Translations under genes and position numbers: made by a program | Shown here: piece by piece, positions 18,802-27,897 of the stretch | Layout of the letters: each line of letters opens with the position of its first letter | Position numbering within the stretch: the first letter of the stretch is position 1 | DNA from: Deltaproteobacteria bacterium | GTDB taxonomy: Bacteria; Myxococcota; JACRCW01 | DNA length: 36,445 nt | NCBI GenBank assembly: GCA_016218805.1 | Contig: JACRCW010000149.1 | Span: 1 to 36,445, forward strand | Direction: 5' to 3' | Notes under the pieces: generated by a model | What the model saw: the letters and a program-made list of their open reading frames with translations, nothing else | The model's database searches: none | What the model was told of the DNA's origin: nothing

Positions 18802-19260
18802 CTAGCACAGCGTTCCGAACACGGACCGCAGCACGGTGTGCCGGTGGCGCAGTTGCGCCTCCAGCATGGCGCGGATGAACGGCGCGCTGACCGCCCGGCC
18901 CAGCGAGCCCAGCGGCGCGCGGTAGTGCACTTCGTCCACCAGCGTGCACCCGCCGGGCACCGGCAGGATGCGGTGGTGGTGCTCCCACGTTGGGAACGGC
19001 GCTCCCACCGCCACGTCCACCCAGCCGCACGGGGGCTGCACGCGCTCCACGCGGGAACGCCAGCGCAGCCGGAACGGCAACGGCGACAGCACCCGCACCC
19101 CCAGCACCACCACGCGGCCCTCCTCCAACGGAGCGGACTCCAGGATCACCACGTTCCCGTCGGGCGGCGTGAGCGCAGACAGCGTGTCCGGCGCGGCCAG
19201 GTATCTCCACGCGGCTTCCGGAGAGGCGCGCACGGTGAGCTCACGAACGAACACCTCCAC
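18802..19260 (-). CDS. SRPBCC/START-fold protein
   Basis: LSALTPP, WRSRVE, DVAVGAPFPTWEHHHR, LVDEVHYRAPLG, HRH. Operonic with neighbours. Confidence 0.82.
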   Translation of the reverse strand: MEVFVRELTVRASPEAAWRYLAAPDTLSALTPPDGNVVILESAPLEEGRVVVLGVRVLSPLPFRLRWRSRVERVQPPCGWVDVAVGAPFPTWEHHHRILPVPGGCTLVDEVHYRAPLGSLGRAVSAPFIRAMLEAQLRHRHTVLRSVFGTLC

Positions 19261-19263
19261 GCG

Positions 19264-20283
19264 TCACCCGCCCAGCAGCGCGCGCGCCAGGGCGGCGTAG
19301 CGGCGCGTGCCCTCGATGAGATCCGCCTTGAGCACGTGCTCGTGATCCGTGTGCGCGTCATGGATGGAGCCCGGTCCCAGGAGCAATGGGGTGCCCACGG
19401 ATTGCAGGTAGGGAATGTCAGAGCCAAACCGGACCACCTCGGCGTGCTCGCCCGGCGGGACGTGGCAGCGGACGGGGTCCGTTCCGCCCAGCCGCTCCAG
19501 CCGAACGTGCGGCGGCAGCAGGGCGCGCGCGGTGCGCTCCGCGTCATCCACCGGCATGCCCAGGCGGAAGATCCCGCGCGCGGTGGCGGACGGGGCCAGC
19601 ACGTTGGGCGCCACGCCGCCATCCAGCAGGCCCACGTTCACCGTGGTGTCGCCCAGCTCGGGGTCCGCCGGCCAGGTGTGGTGCAACAGCGCGTGCGCCG
19701 CGTCCACCAGCGCGTGCGTGGCGGACCGCCCGCGCTCCGGGTACGCCGAATGCCCCGCCATGCCATCCGCGACGAGGCGGAACGACAGCGTGCCCTTCTG
19801 CGCGCTGGCCAGCGTGAGCCCGGTGGGTTCCCCGTTGATGAAGTACCGCAGGCGCGGCGCAAAGCCCGTCGCCGCGGCGCGTGCGCCGTCGCTCTCCGTC
19901 TCCTCGCCCACGAGGAACATCACGCCCACGCGCAGCTCACCCGCCTGGCGGAGTCCGGACAGCGCACACAGCATGGCGGCGGCGGCACCCTTGGCGTCAC
20001 ACGTCCCGCGGCCGGTGAGCCGGTCTGCCAGCTCTGCGGGCGGGAGGTACGGCGGCACCGTGTCCAGGTGCGTGGTGAACAGCACCTCCGGCGCCACGGC
20101 GGGATCCCACGCCGCCACGTTGACGCGGCCGGGGGCGCCCACCTCCTGCGTCCGCACCGCCAGCCCCAGCGTCCGGCACAACCCGGCGGCCAGCTCCATG
20201 ACGTGGGCTTCGCTGCCGGTGGTGCTCTCCACCCCGCACAGGTCCAGCGTGAGGCGCACCGGGTCCCCCAGGCGCGCGGTCAC
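19264..20283 (-). CDS. M20 family metallo-hydrolase (ArgE/DapE-like)
   Basis: THLDTVPP, GRGTCDAKG, VGEE, NGEPT, GHSAYPE, AHTDHE. Metal ligands intact. Confidence 0.9.
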   Translation of the reverse strand: MTARLGDPVRLTLDLCGVESTTGSEAHVMELAAGLCRTLGLAVRTQEVGAPGRVNVAAWDPAVAPEVLFTTHLDTVPPYLPPAELADRLTGRGTCDAKGAAAAMLCALSGLRQAGELRVGVMFLVGEETESDGARAAATGFAPRLRYFINGEPTGLTLASAQKGTLSFRLVADGMAGHSAYPERGRSATHALVDAAHALLHHTWPADPELGDTTVNVGLLDGGVAPNVLAPSATARGIFRLGMPVDDAERTARALLPPHVRLERLGGTDPVRCHVPPGEHAEVVRFGSDIPYLQSVGTPLLLGPGSIHDAHTDHEHVLKADLIEGTRRYAALARALLGG

Positions 20284-20579
20284 GGTTCCACCGCGGCCAG
20301 CAGCGGCTCCACCGCCCGCGCCAACGCCACGTCCCGCTGGGTCACGCCGCCGGCGTCATGCGTGCTGACCCGGATGACCAGCGCAGCGCCAGTCACGGTG
20401 AGGTCCGGGTGGTGGTCCTGCGCCACGGCCACGCGCGCCACGCGCCCCAGCAGTTCCACCGCGACGGTGAAGTCCCGGGTGCGGGCGGTGCGCTCCAGCG
20501 CGCCACCGCGCGCAGTCCAGCCGGGGAGTCCGGCCAGGAGGTGGGCCAGCTCAGCATCAGACAGGAGGGCAGGAGCCAT
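20280..20579 (-). CDS. phhB: Pterin-4-alpha-carbinolamine dehydratase
   Basis: LPGW, QDHHPDL, STHDAGGVTQRDVALA. Confidence 0.88.
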   Translation of the reverse strand: MAPALLSDAELAHLLAGLPGWTARGGALERTARTRDFTVAVELLGRVARVAVAQDHHPDLTVTGAALVIRVSTHDAGGVTQRDVALARAVEPLLAAVEP

Positions 20580-20692
20580 GGTGCCGTTCTGCTAGCGGTG
20601 GCGACGGCGGCCGGCAAGGGTGGCTCAGGCCGGTGCGTGGAAGTGGCGGCCGTGCGCTAGGCTGGCCGCAACGCCCAACGGAGATACCGCCC

Positions 20693-20965
20693 ATGCCCGT
20701 GCCCACCCAGGATGAGATTGGCCAGCGCATCAAGAAGATCCTTGCGGAGGATTTCAAGGTCGATCCCGCCCGCGTCACGCCGGACGCCACCTTCCGCGGT
20801 GACATGGCCATGGACAGCCTGGACGTGGTGGACCTGGTGTTCTTTGTCCAGAAGGAATTCCAGATCAAAGCAAAGGTGGAGGAGTACCAGGACATCAAGA
20901 CGTTCAAGCGCCTCGTGGAGCACCTCCACAACAAGCTGCAGAACCCCGCGCCACCGCCGGGCTGA
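20693..20965 (+). CDS. Acyl carrier protein
   Basis: DMAMDSLDVVDL phosphopantetheine motif, KEFQIK. GGAG SD. Upstream TAGGCT -10-like hexamer. Confidence 0.9.
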   Translation: MPVPTQDEIGQRIKKILAEDFKVDPARVTPDATFRGDMAMDSLDVVDLVFFVQKEFQIKAKVEEYQDIKTFKRLVEHLHNKLQNPAPPPG

Positions 20966-21155
20966 GCGGGACCCGTCACGCGGCGCTGTTCCCAGGGGGG
21001 GGATCTCGCCCAATGGTCCGTTCCCACAAATGACGCGCGCCCCCGCAACTTGGATTTGTCCGTTCAACCATGGTTGAAGCACTTCTTCTGTCAGGCGTCC
21101 GCGCGAATGACGAGGTCGCCTCCAGCCCGCGCAAGCGCCGGGCCCTGCCGGACTC

Positions 21156-22388
21156 TCAATACAGGATGCGCGTCTTGATGGAGGTGGACAGCCGGCTGAT
21201 TGCGGCGTTCACGTCGGAAGACACGTCCTGGTCCAGGTCCATCACCAGGCAACCAATGTCCGGGTCCGTGGAGAGCATCTGCGCGTGGATGTTCGCGTTC
21301 AGGTCACTCACGGCCTTGTTGATGTCCTTGAGCACGCCCGGGACGTTGCGGTGGATGTTGAGCAGGCGGTGCGTGCCCCGCGCGGGCGGCAGCTCCACGG
21401 CGGGGAAGTTGACCGCCCCCGTCGTAGCGCCCTGCGTAACGAACTTGATGAGCGATGTGGACACCTCCGTCCCAATGGCGCTCTGCGCTTCTTCCGTCGA
21501 GCCGCCCACGTGGGGCGTGAGGATCACATTGGGCAGCCCCTGCAGCTCGGTCTTGAACCCGTCGGCCGCGCTGGATTCCGGCTCCTCCGGGTAGACGTCC
21601 ACCGCCGCGCCCGCCAGGTGCGCCGTGCGCAGCGCGTTGGCCAGCGCGTTGATCTGCACCACGGTGCCGCGGCTGGCGTTGAGCAGACACGCGCCGGGCT
21701 TCATCACCGCCAACTGCTCCGGCCCAATCATGTTCCTGGTCTGCGCCGTCTCCGGCACGTGCAGCGTCACAAAGTCACTCTGCCCCAGCAGTTCGGCCAG
21801 CGTGCTGCAGCTGCGCGCGTTGCCCAACGGCATCTTGGTGACGATGTCATAATAGATGACGCGCAGGCCCATGGACTCCGCCAGGATGGACACCTGCGTG
21901 CCGATGTGGCCGTAACCCACGATGCCCAGCGTGCGCCCGCGCACTTCATGGCAGCCGGTGGCGATCTTCTTCCAGACGCCGCGGTGCAGCTCGCTGCTGC
22001 GGTCACCCAGCTGGCGTGAGAGCGCCACAATCTCCGCAATGACGAGCTCCGCCACCGAGCGGGTGTTGGAAAACGGCGCATTGAACACGGGCACGCCGTG
22101 CCGGTTGGCTTCCGCCAGCGCCACCTGGTTGGTCCCGATGCAGAAGCAGCCCACCGTCATCAACCGCGGCGCCTGCGCCAGCAGCGTGGGGGTCACCTGC
22201 GTCTTGGAGCGGATGCCCAGCACCTGCACGTCGGCCAGCGCGCGGGTCAGCTCGGCTTCCGGCAGCGAGCCCTTGCGCACCTCCACGTGGAAGCCCTCCG
22301 CGCGGAAGTTGTCCACCGCGGTGGTGGAGACGTTCTCAAGCAGCAGGACTTTCACGGGTTCCCTGGAGTACGAAGTCGCCGTTGTCAT
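21156..22388 (-). CDS. serA: D-3-phosphoglycerate dehydrogenase
   Basis: KVLLLENV, GIRSKT, GCFCIGTNQV, NAPFSNTRSVAE, GIVGYGHIG, LTPHVGGSTEEAQ, C-terminal ACT domain HRNVPGVL. Confidence 0.96.
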   Translation of the reverse strand: MTTATSYSREPVKVLLLENVSTTAVDNFRAEGFHVEVRKGSLPEAELTRALADVQVLGIRSKTQVTPTLLAQAPRLMTVGCFCIGTNQVALAEANRHGVPVFNAPFSNTRSVAELVIAEIVALSRQLGDRSSELHRGVWKKIATGCHEVRGRTLGIVGYGHIGTQVSILAESMGLRVIYYDIVTKMPLGNARSCSTLAELLGQSDFVTLHVPETAQTRNMIGPEQLAVMKPGACLLNASRGTVVQINALANALRTAHLAGAAVDVYPEEPESSAADGFKTELQGLPNVILTPHVGGSTEEAQSAIGTEVSTSLIKFVTQGATTGAVNFPAVELPPARGTHRLLNIHRNVPGVLKDINKAVSDLNANIHAQMLSTDPDIGCLVMDLDQDVSSDVNAAISRLSTSIKTRILY

Positions 22389-22413
22389 GGTTCCCAACCG
22401 TCGGTGAGGGGGC

Positions 22414-23598
22414 ATGGACCATACCCGGAATGGCCTGGAACGGAAGAGGCGGCGCGCGGCGGCTGCCGTGGCGCTGTGCTGCGCCGTGGGCGGCGGCGTG
22501 CAGGCGCAGCAGGACGGTGCCACGGTTTCCGCGCGCGCGTGGCTGGCGGTAATGGCCGGCCTACCGGCGGACGCAGCGCTGCCGCATGAACGGCTGTCCG
22601 CCGCGGGGCTGAAGGCGGAAGCCGTTCCGGGCGGGTGGGTGGTCCGCCGGGGCGGGGGGACCCCGTCCATGACGCTGGTGGCGGCGCTGCGGCCGGCCGA
22701 CTGCCCGGCACACTCCACCGTGGACGACCGCGGCGGCCTGCAGGCGTGCGGTCTGCGGCGGGGGCTGGCCTTTGCGGCGGCAGCGCTGGCGGCGGTGGAG
22801 TCCCAGTCCGGCCCGGCGCTGTTGCTGCGCACCTCCGCCGAAGCACCGCCCACCCCCGGCGGCCCCGCGGTGTTTGAAGGCGGCTTCCGCGATGGGCCGC
22901 TGGCCGTGGTGCAGACCGGATGCAAGACGCGCGTCCCCGTCACGTTGTCCGTTGGCGGCGCGGCAGTCCCGCCGGGGCAGCCGCAGCAGCACAGCGCAGT
23001 GTGGCGCTTGTCGCGCGCGGCGCAGCGGGTGGAGGAGCACCGCTTTCCGGTGCGCGCGCGCGGTGACCTGGCCGGGCTGCTGGGAGTGCTGGGGGGGACG
23101 GCGCACCCCGCCGCGGCCACCTTCCGGACGTGGGCGGCGGGCCAGCCGGCGCCGGCGGGGGACGAACTGGACGCGGACCCGCGTTGGGCGGCGGTGCTCC
23201 GCACCACCTGCCAGGTGGAAGCCGTCTCGCCGCGCACGCGGGGCGGGGCGGAGGCGCGGCTGGGGTGTTTCGCGTCCCCGGCGGAGCAGGCGCAGGAGGT
23301 GGGGTGGCAGCTGGTGGACGTGGTGCAGGATCCGGTGGTGGTGGTGGAGCGCGTGGTGGAACACCCGCCGCCCGCCACGTCGTTGTCCGATGGTGCACGG
23401 CGCCGCCTGGAGCGCGCCCTGGAAGCGGTCCCGGTTGCCGCGCTGCTGCCGTGTTCGCCTGGGCAGGGCGCGGCATTCGCCGCCGGGACGGCCATGGGAG
23501 TGCCGGTGTTTGGCCCGGGGGCGGCGGACCGCATGGACGTCGGAGAATTCGCCGCGGGTGTGCGCCGCCTGCGCGCGCTGGTGGAGCCGGGCCGATGA
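22414..23598 (+). CDS. Exported, degenerate M20-peptidase-like protein lacking metal ligands
   Basis: Signal peptide-like N-terminus. Segments align by eye with the M20 at 26372 (AAVLRTT/AAVIRTT; RLSRAAQRVEEHRFPVR/ILGAAVARLEAHQMPPR; DRMDVGEFAAGVR/ERLPLTDLGRMVR). Confidence 0.6.
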   Translation: MDHTRNGLERKRRRAAAAVALCCAVGGGVQAQQDGATVSARAWLAVMAGLPADAALPHERLSAAGLKAEAVPGGWVVRRGGGTPSMTLVAALRPADCPAHSTVDDRGGLQACGLRRGLAFAAAALAAVESQSGPALLLRTSAEAPPTPGGPAVFEGGFRDGPLAVVQTGCKTRVPVTLSVGGAAVPPGQPQQHSAVWRLSRAAQRVEEHRFPVRARGDLAGLLGVLGGTAHPAAATFRTWAAGQPAPAGDELDADPRWAAVLRTTCQVEAVSPRTRGGAEARLGCFASPAEQAQEVGWQLVDVVQDPVVVVERVVEHPPPATSLSDGARRRLERALEAVPVAALLPCSPGQGAAFAAGTAMGVPVFGPGAADRMDVGEFAAGVRRLRALVEPGR

Positions 23599-24335
23599 GC
23601 GCGGAACGCCTGGCGGGCGTCACCGTCCTGGATGTGCGCGTGCGGGGCAGGGCCGTTCCCGGGTACGTGTTTGACCCGCACCGCCTGGCGCTTCCGTCGT
23701 GGGCGCACGCGCTGGGGGAGCGGCCGGCGGCGCTCCTCATCACCCTGGACCGCCACGCGGACCTGGTGGCCCCGGTGGACCCGGTGCCCGCGCGCGCGGC
23801 GGGACTGCGCGCCCTGGACGAACACGCCCGCTGGACGCTGGACGTCCGCAACGTGAGCCACGTGCTGGCGGCCATGGAGGCGGGTTTGGTTGGGGATGCA
23901 TTGTGCCTTGCCCGCACGCGGCTGCCCGGCGCGGTGACCGCTCCGGCGTGGACGGACCGGCACGGCGTTGCGCACCGCCTGGAACTCCACCCCACGCCGC
24001 TGGCCGCAGTGGAAGCGCTGCAACTGGGCCGCGGCGCGGAACCCGCCTGGCTCCTGCGTGACACGCCGGTGCTGCTCGACGTGGACCTGGACGCTTTCAC
24101 CTCGCCCTCAGACGCGGACCCGACGGAGATCCTGCCCTGGCCGCGTGACGCCATACGCCGCTTTTTGCTCCCGGATGGGGACGGCTCGCTGTGGGACCTG
24201 GTGTTGCCGCGCCTGGCGGGGCTCACGTTCGCGCGCGAGCCGCTCCACGTGGGCGGCATCGCGGCGGCGGGGCGCCTGTGGGAGGACGCCGCGCACGTGC
24301 TGTTCCGCGAAGTGCTGGGCACCGACCCGCCGTGA
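23595..24335 (+). CDS. UPF0489-like (arginase/deacetylase-fold) protein
   Basis: FDPHRLALPSW, LITLDRHADL, LLDVDLDAF, TFAREP. ATGA overlap with the upstream gene. Confidence 0.72.
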   Translation: MSAERLAGVTVLDVRVRGRAVPGYVFDPHRLALPSWAHALGERPAALLITLDRHADLVAPVDPVPARAAGLRALDEHARWTLDVRNVSHVLAAMEAGLVGDALCLARTRLPGAVTAPAWTDRHGVAHRLELHPTPLAAVEALQLGRGAEPAWLLRDTPVLLDVDLDAFTSPSDADPTEILPWPRDAIRRFLLPDGDGSLWDLVLPRLAGLTFAREPLHVGGIAAAGRLWEDAAHVLFREVLGTDPP

Positions 24336-24347
24336 ACGCCTTTGACC
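24298..24347 (+). repeat. 50-bp direct repeat, left copy (3' end of the UPF0489-like gene)
   Basis: TGCTGTTCCGCGAAGTGCTGGGCACCGACCCGCCGTGAACGCCTTTGACC, identical to 26292-26341. Confidence 0.97.
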
Positions 24348-24378
24348 TGGCCGCGGCGGCGACTCCAAAGAACCGGAT

Positions 24379-24933
24379 TCAGCGAGTGAGTTCCTTCACG
24401 GCATCCACGAAGACCCGGTAGCTTGGAGACGCGTTCTTGTTGAGTGAGAGGTACGGGCCAATGGCCCTGCAGCCACCCACCTTCTGGTACGCGCCGCCCG
24501 TGACCTCTCGGAGCACGTCTGACGGGCGTTGCGTGTTGTCGGGTTCCCGGAACTTCTTCTTGCCCTGCATCTGGGCCACGCCGTGGAGATTCAGCCCAGC
24601 TTCCACTGCAGCCAGGTCCCCAAGGAGCCACGCCTCAAGTTCCCGGCAGGCCACCCGCACCTTCCACCGGCGCTTGCCGGACGCTTGGCACCGCCTCACG
24701 AGCCCGTCCTTGACCGCCTTGCACGTCGCATTGTCCTGGTCCCGCAGGATCAGGAATGACGCCTTGTCATCCTGCCACGCTTGGAGCTTCCTGGTGATGT
24801 TGCTCTCCAGGTCCTGCTTTCCCTGAAACACAAGGGGGATGACGCGAGTGTTTCCCGGAAGGATGCGCGGCAGAAGTCCTTCGAGAAGCGCCTTGGCGGA
24901 CTGCTCCTCCATCAGGATGACCAAGGTCTTCAT
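24379..24933 (-). CDS. DUF4276-family (TOPRIM-like) protein
   Basis: LMEEQSAK, FQGKQDLE, LRDQD (DxD), RELEAWLLGD, YQKVGG, SPSY. ATGA-coupled to the ATPase. Confidence 0.85.
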   Translation of the reverse strand: MKTLVILMEEQSAKALLEGLLPRILPGNTRVIPLVFQGKQDLESNITRKLQAWQDDKASFLILRDQDNATCKAVKDGLVRRCQASGKRRWKVRVACRELEAWLLGDLAAVEAGLNLHGVAQMQGKKKFREPDNTQRPSDVLREVTGGAYQKVGGCRAIGPYLSLNKNASPSYRVFVDAVKELTR

Positions 24934-26120
24934 TCTGGATGTGCCCCCTCAAACATCCCCTGCCGCCACAAGAAGCCAAGTTGGTCTCCGGCCTTGATGA
25001 GGGCGCTGATCTGCTTGCTGTCACTCGCCCGGAGAATTCTGGTCGTTCCCCGCGTCTTCACCATCCAATAGACTTCCTCAAGTCGCGCAGCATTGAGAAA
25101 ATCCGGGGAGTGGGTGGATACAAACACCTGGCCCCCGCGCTCCGCGTAGCTCCGGAACTCCTCGGAAAGCTCGGCAAGAAGGCTGGTGTAGATTTGGTTC
25201 TCTGGTTCCTCCACACAGAGCAGAGGATGCGGCTGCGGATCGTAAAGGAGCGCCAGATACGCCAACATCCTGATGGTCCCGTCCGACACGTGGCGGGCCA
25301 GGAAGGGCTCCAAGAAAGCCCCATCCTTGAACTTCAGAAGGACCTTCCCTTCCTCCGTCACTTTGCTCTCGACTTTGGCGATTCCTGGCACCCGCCTGCC
25401 GAGAGCGTCCAGTATCTTCTTGAACGTCTCGGGGTGACTCTTCTGCAGGTAGTCCACAACCAGTGAGAGGTTCTCTCCTTCCCGAGAAAGGTGGGTTGCG
25501 TATCCGGCCTCTTGTTCCGGACGGGCCCTGCTGATGTGGAAGTCTGAGAGATGCCAGTTCTCAATCAGCGTGCCCAATGCCTTGACCGCGGGGAACTTCT
25601 CAAACTGCGCCAACCCTTTGATGGCAAGGATGTCAGGGGATTTGAGCGTGTGGTTTTCGCGCTTCAATTGGCGGACATCTTTGACCTTCTCGAGTTCGTT
25701 GGTGACGGCGGTACCTTCCCCATCCTGGAAGTCGAGGAAACGCCAGGGCTGTCCGTGTTGCCCGCGCCGATACTTGAGCACCTCACGCGTCACCACGGGC
25801 CGTCCATTCGGCGCCTGGTCCACGCTGAGCAGGTAGGTCATGAGCTGGGCGCCGGTGCCAGGCCGGAACTTGAGTTCAATCTCCACCGGACCTTTTTCCC
25901 CACGGGTGCGGAGTTCCTCCAAACCACGACTCCCGCCAAGTTTGGTCAGCGCCACCGAGACATTCGATGTGAACGCCTCTCGCAGGAACGCGAAGACGGA
26001 GAACAAGGTTGATTTCCCGACTCCGTTGGCGCCAACAAATATGGCGTATGTGGGCAGGTCCTTGAGTTCCACCGCTTTGAAGGCGCGGAAGTTCCTTAGC
26101 CGCAGTGACTCAATCTTCAT
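24930..26120 (-). CDS. ABC/AAA_21-type ATPase (defence-associated family)
   Basis: IESLRLRNFRAF, Walker A GANGVGKST, signature VSDGT, Walker B LCVEEPEN, H-loop VSTHSP. An alternative in-frame ATG lies at 26252. Confidence 0.92.
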   Translation of the reverse strand: MKIESLRLRNFRAFKAVELKDLPTYAIFVGANGVGKSTLFSVFAFLREAFTSNVSVALTKLGGSRGLEELRTRGEKGPVEIELKFRPGTGAQLMTYLLSVDQAPNGRPVVTREVLKYRRGQHGQPWRFLDFQDGEGTAVTNELEKVKDVRQLKRENHTLKSPDILAIKGLAQFEKFPAVKALGTLIENWHLSDFHISRARPEQEAGYATHLSREGENLSLVVDYLQKSHPETFKKILDALGRRVPGIAKVESKVTEEGKVLLKFKDGAFLEPFLARHVSDGTIRMLAYLALLYDPQPHPLLCVEEPENQIYTSLLAELSEEFRSYAERGGQVFVSTHSPDFLNAARLEEVYWMVKTRGTTRILRASDSKQISALIKAGDQLGFLWRQGMFEGAHPE

Positions 26121-26291
26121 GGGTCGCTCATACCACCGAAGGTCACAGCTTTGAAAAACGGCGGCCCCATGGCGCGCGGCGGTGGTCTGCGCGGAGTGTT
26201 CCAGGCCGCGCGCGATCTCCACGTGGTCCTCGAGGATGGAGATCGCGGTCATCGGTGCGTGGCCTTCGGGCAGTCCAGCGCGTCGATGTCC

Positions 26292-26341
26292 TGCTGTTCC
26301 GCGAAGTGCTGGGCACCGACCCGCCGTGAACGCCTTTGACC
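26292..26341 (+). repeat. 50-bp direct repeat, right copy
   Basis: Identical to 24298-24347. Flanking bases differ on both sides. Confidence 0.97.
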
Positions 26342-26371
26342 GCGGGCCGGTTCCCGCCCGACCATTCGCGC

Positions 26372-27835
26372 ATGCGTCGCATCCTCCTTGCCGTGGTGGC
26401 CGCCGTGCTGGTCCTGCTGGGCGTGATGGTTGCGCGCACGCTCGCCCTGGAGAGCCACCAGCTGACGGCGCCGGCCGCGGAACCGCTGGCTTTTGATCTG
26501 GCCGCGGCGGCCGAACACCTGGGCGCCGCCATCCGCCTGCGCACGGTGAGCCACCAGGACGGCGTGGGTGACGACGTGGCGGCGGTTGACGCGCTGCACG
26601 CGCACCTGGAGGCGTCCTACCCGCTCCTGCACGCCGCGCTGCCGCGCGAGAAGGTTGCCGGCGCCAGCCTCCTGTACGTGTGGAAGGGCTCCAACCCGTC
26701 GCTGCCACCGCTGCTGCTGGCCGCCCACCAGGACGTGGTCCCCGTGGAGGAGGACGCGGAGCGCCACTGGACGCATCCGCCTTTCGGCGGGCGGGTGGTG
26801 GACGGCGCCGTGTGGGGGCGCGGCGCCATGGATGACAAGAGCGGACTCATCAGCGTGATGGAGGCGGTGGAGGCGCTGCTGGCCGCGGGGTTCCAGCCGG
26901 TGCGGACGGTGCTGCTGGCGTTTGGCCACGACGAGGAAGTGCTGGGCAAAGGCGCACCCGCCATGGCGGCGCTGCTGGAGGCGCGCGGCGTGCGCCCGTT
27001 CCTGGTCATGGACGAGGGCCTGATCATCACCGACGGCATCATGCCCGGCACCTCCCGGCCCATTGCGATGCTGGGGATTGCGCAGAAAGGGTACCTGACG
27101 GTGGAACTGGCCGTGGCGGGGACCGGCGGCCACTCCTCCATGCCGCCCGCGGAAACCGCCGCCGCCATCCTGGGCGCCGCCGTGGCCCGCCTGGAGGCGC
27201 ACCAGATGCCGCCGCGCTCCGGCGGGGTGGCGCAGTCCATGTTTGACTTTGTGGGCACGGAGATGTCCTTCCCGCTGCGCCTGGCGTTTGCCAACCTGTG
27301 GCTCACGCGCCCCGCCCTGCACCGCGTGCTGCTGCGCAAGCCGTCCACCGCCGCAGTGATCCGCACCACCACCGCGCCGACGATGCTGGAAGCCTCACCC
27401 AAGGAAAACGTGCTGCCCACGCGGGCCCGCGCCCGCGTGAACTTCCGCCTGGCCCCCGGGGACACCGTGGACGGCGTGCTGGAGCACGTGGCGGACGCCG
27501 TGGCGGATGACCGCGTCCACGTCACGCCCCAGCCGGGCGGCTACGCTTCACCCCCGCCTACCAATCCGGACGGCGCGCCGTTCCGCCTGGTGCACCGCGC
27601 GTTGGCGCGGGTCACCCCGGAGGTTGCCGTGGCCCCCGGGCTGGTGGTGGGTGCCACGGATTCACGGCACTACGCGCGCCTGGCCCCGGACATGGTCCTG
27701 TTCCGCCCCATGCAGATGAACCAGGAGGACACCCGCCGCGTCCACGGCCGGGACGAACGCCTCCCGCTCACGGACCTGGGCCGGATGGTGCGCTTCTACG
27801 CGCAGGTCATTCGCGATGCGTCAGTGACGCCATAA
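26372..27835 (+). CDS. M20 family peptidase/amidohydrolase (PM20D1/carboxypeptidase S-like)
   Basis: N-terminal anchor. AHQDVVP, WGRGAMDDK, FGHDEE, MDEG, GGHSSMPP, GATDSRHY, VHGRDER. Confidence 0.92.
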   Translation: MRRILLAVVAAVLVLLGVMVARTLALESHQLTAPAAEPLAFDLAAAAEHLGAAIRLRTVSHQDGVGDDVAAVDALHAHLEASYPLLHAALPREKVAGASLLYVWKGSNPSLPPLLLAAHQDVVPVEEDAERHWTHPPFGGRVVDGAVWGRGAMDDKSGLISVMEAVEALLAAGFQPVRTVLLAFGHDEEVLGKGAPAMAALLEARGVRPFLVMDEGLIITDGIMPGTSRPIAMLGIAQKGYLTVELAVAGTGGHSSMPPAETAAAILGAAVARLEAHQMPPRSGGVAQSMFDFVGTEMSFPLRLAFANLWLTRPALHRVLLRKPSTAAVIRTTTAPTMLEASPKENVLPTRARARVNFRLAPGDTVDGVLEHVADAVADDRVHVTPQPGGYASPPPTNPDGAPFRLVHRALARVTPEVAVAPGLVVGATDSRHYARLAPDMVLFRPMQMNQEDTRRVHGRDERLPLTDLGRMVRFYAQVIRDASVTP

Positions 27836-27852
27836 TCAGGTGGGGACGCAGT

Positions 27853-27885
27853 CCGGGCCCGCCGCGATGAGGGCGGCGGGCCCGG
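27853..27885. terminator. GC-rich hairpin between convergent genes
   Basis: Perfect 13-bp stem CCGGGCCCGCCGC / GCGGCGGGCCCGG with a 7-nt loop. No U-tract. Confidence 0.6.
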
Positions 27886-27897
27886 GCATCAGGTGCG

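Larger units (their letters stand above)
24298..26341. mobile_element. Direct-repeat-bounded, integrase-less insertion carrying ABC-ATPase + DUF4276
   Basis: Exact 50-bp flanking repeats. Visibly lower GC and different codon usage inside. Genes are on the opposite strand to the flanking genes. Confidence 0.75.

Noticed and set aside
22389..24023. 955-aa ORF suggesting a SerA fusion
   Set aside because: The extension is antisense to the two plus-strand genes. SerA homology starts at 22388.
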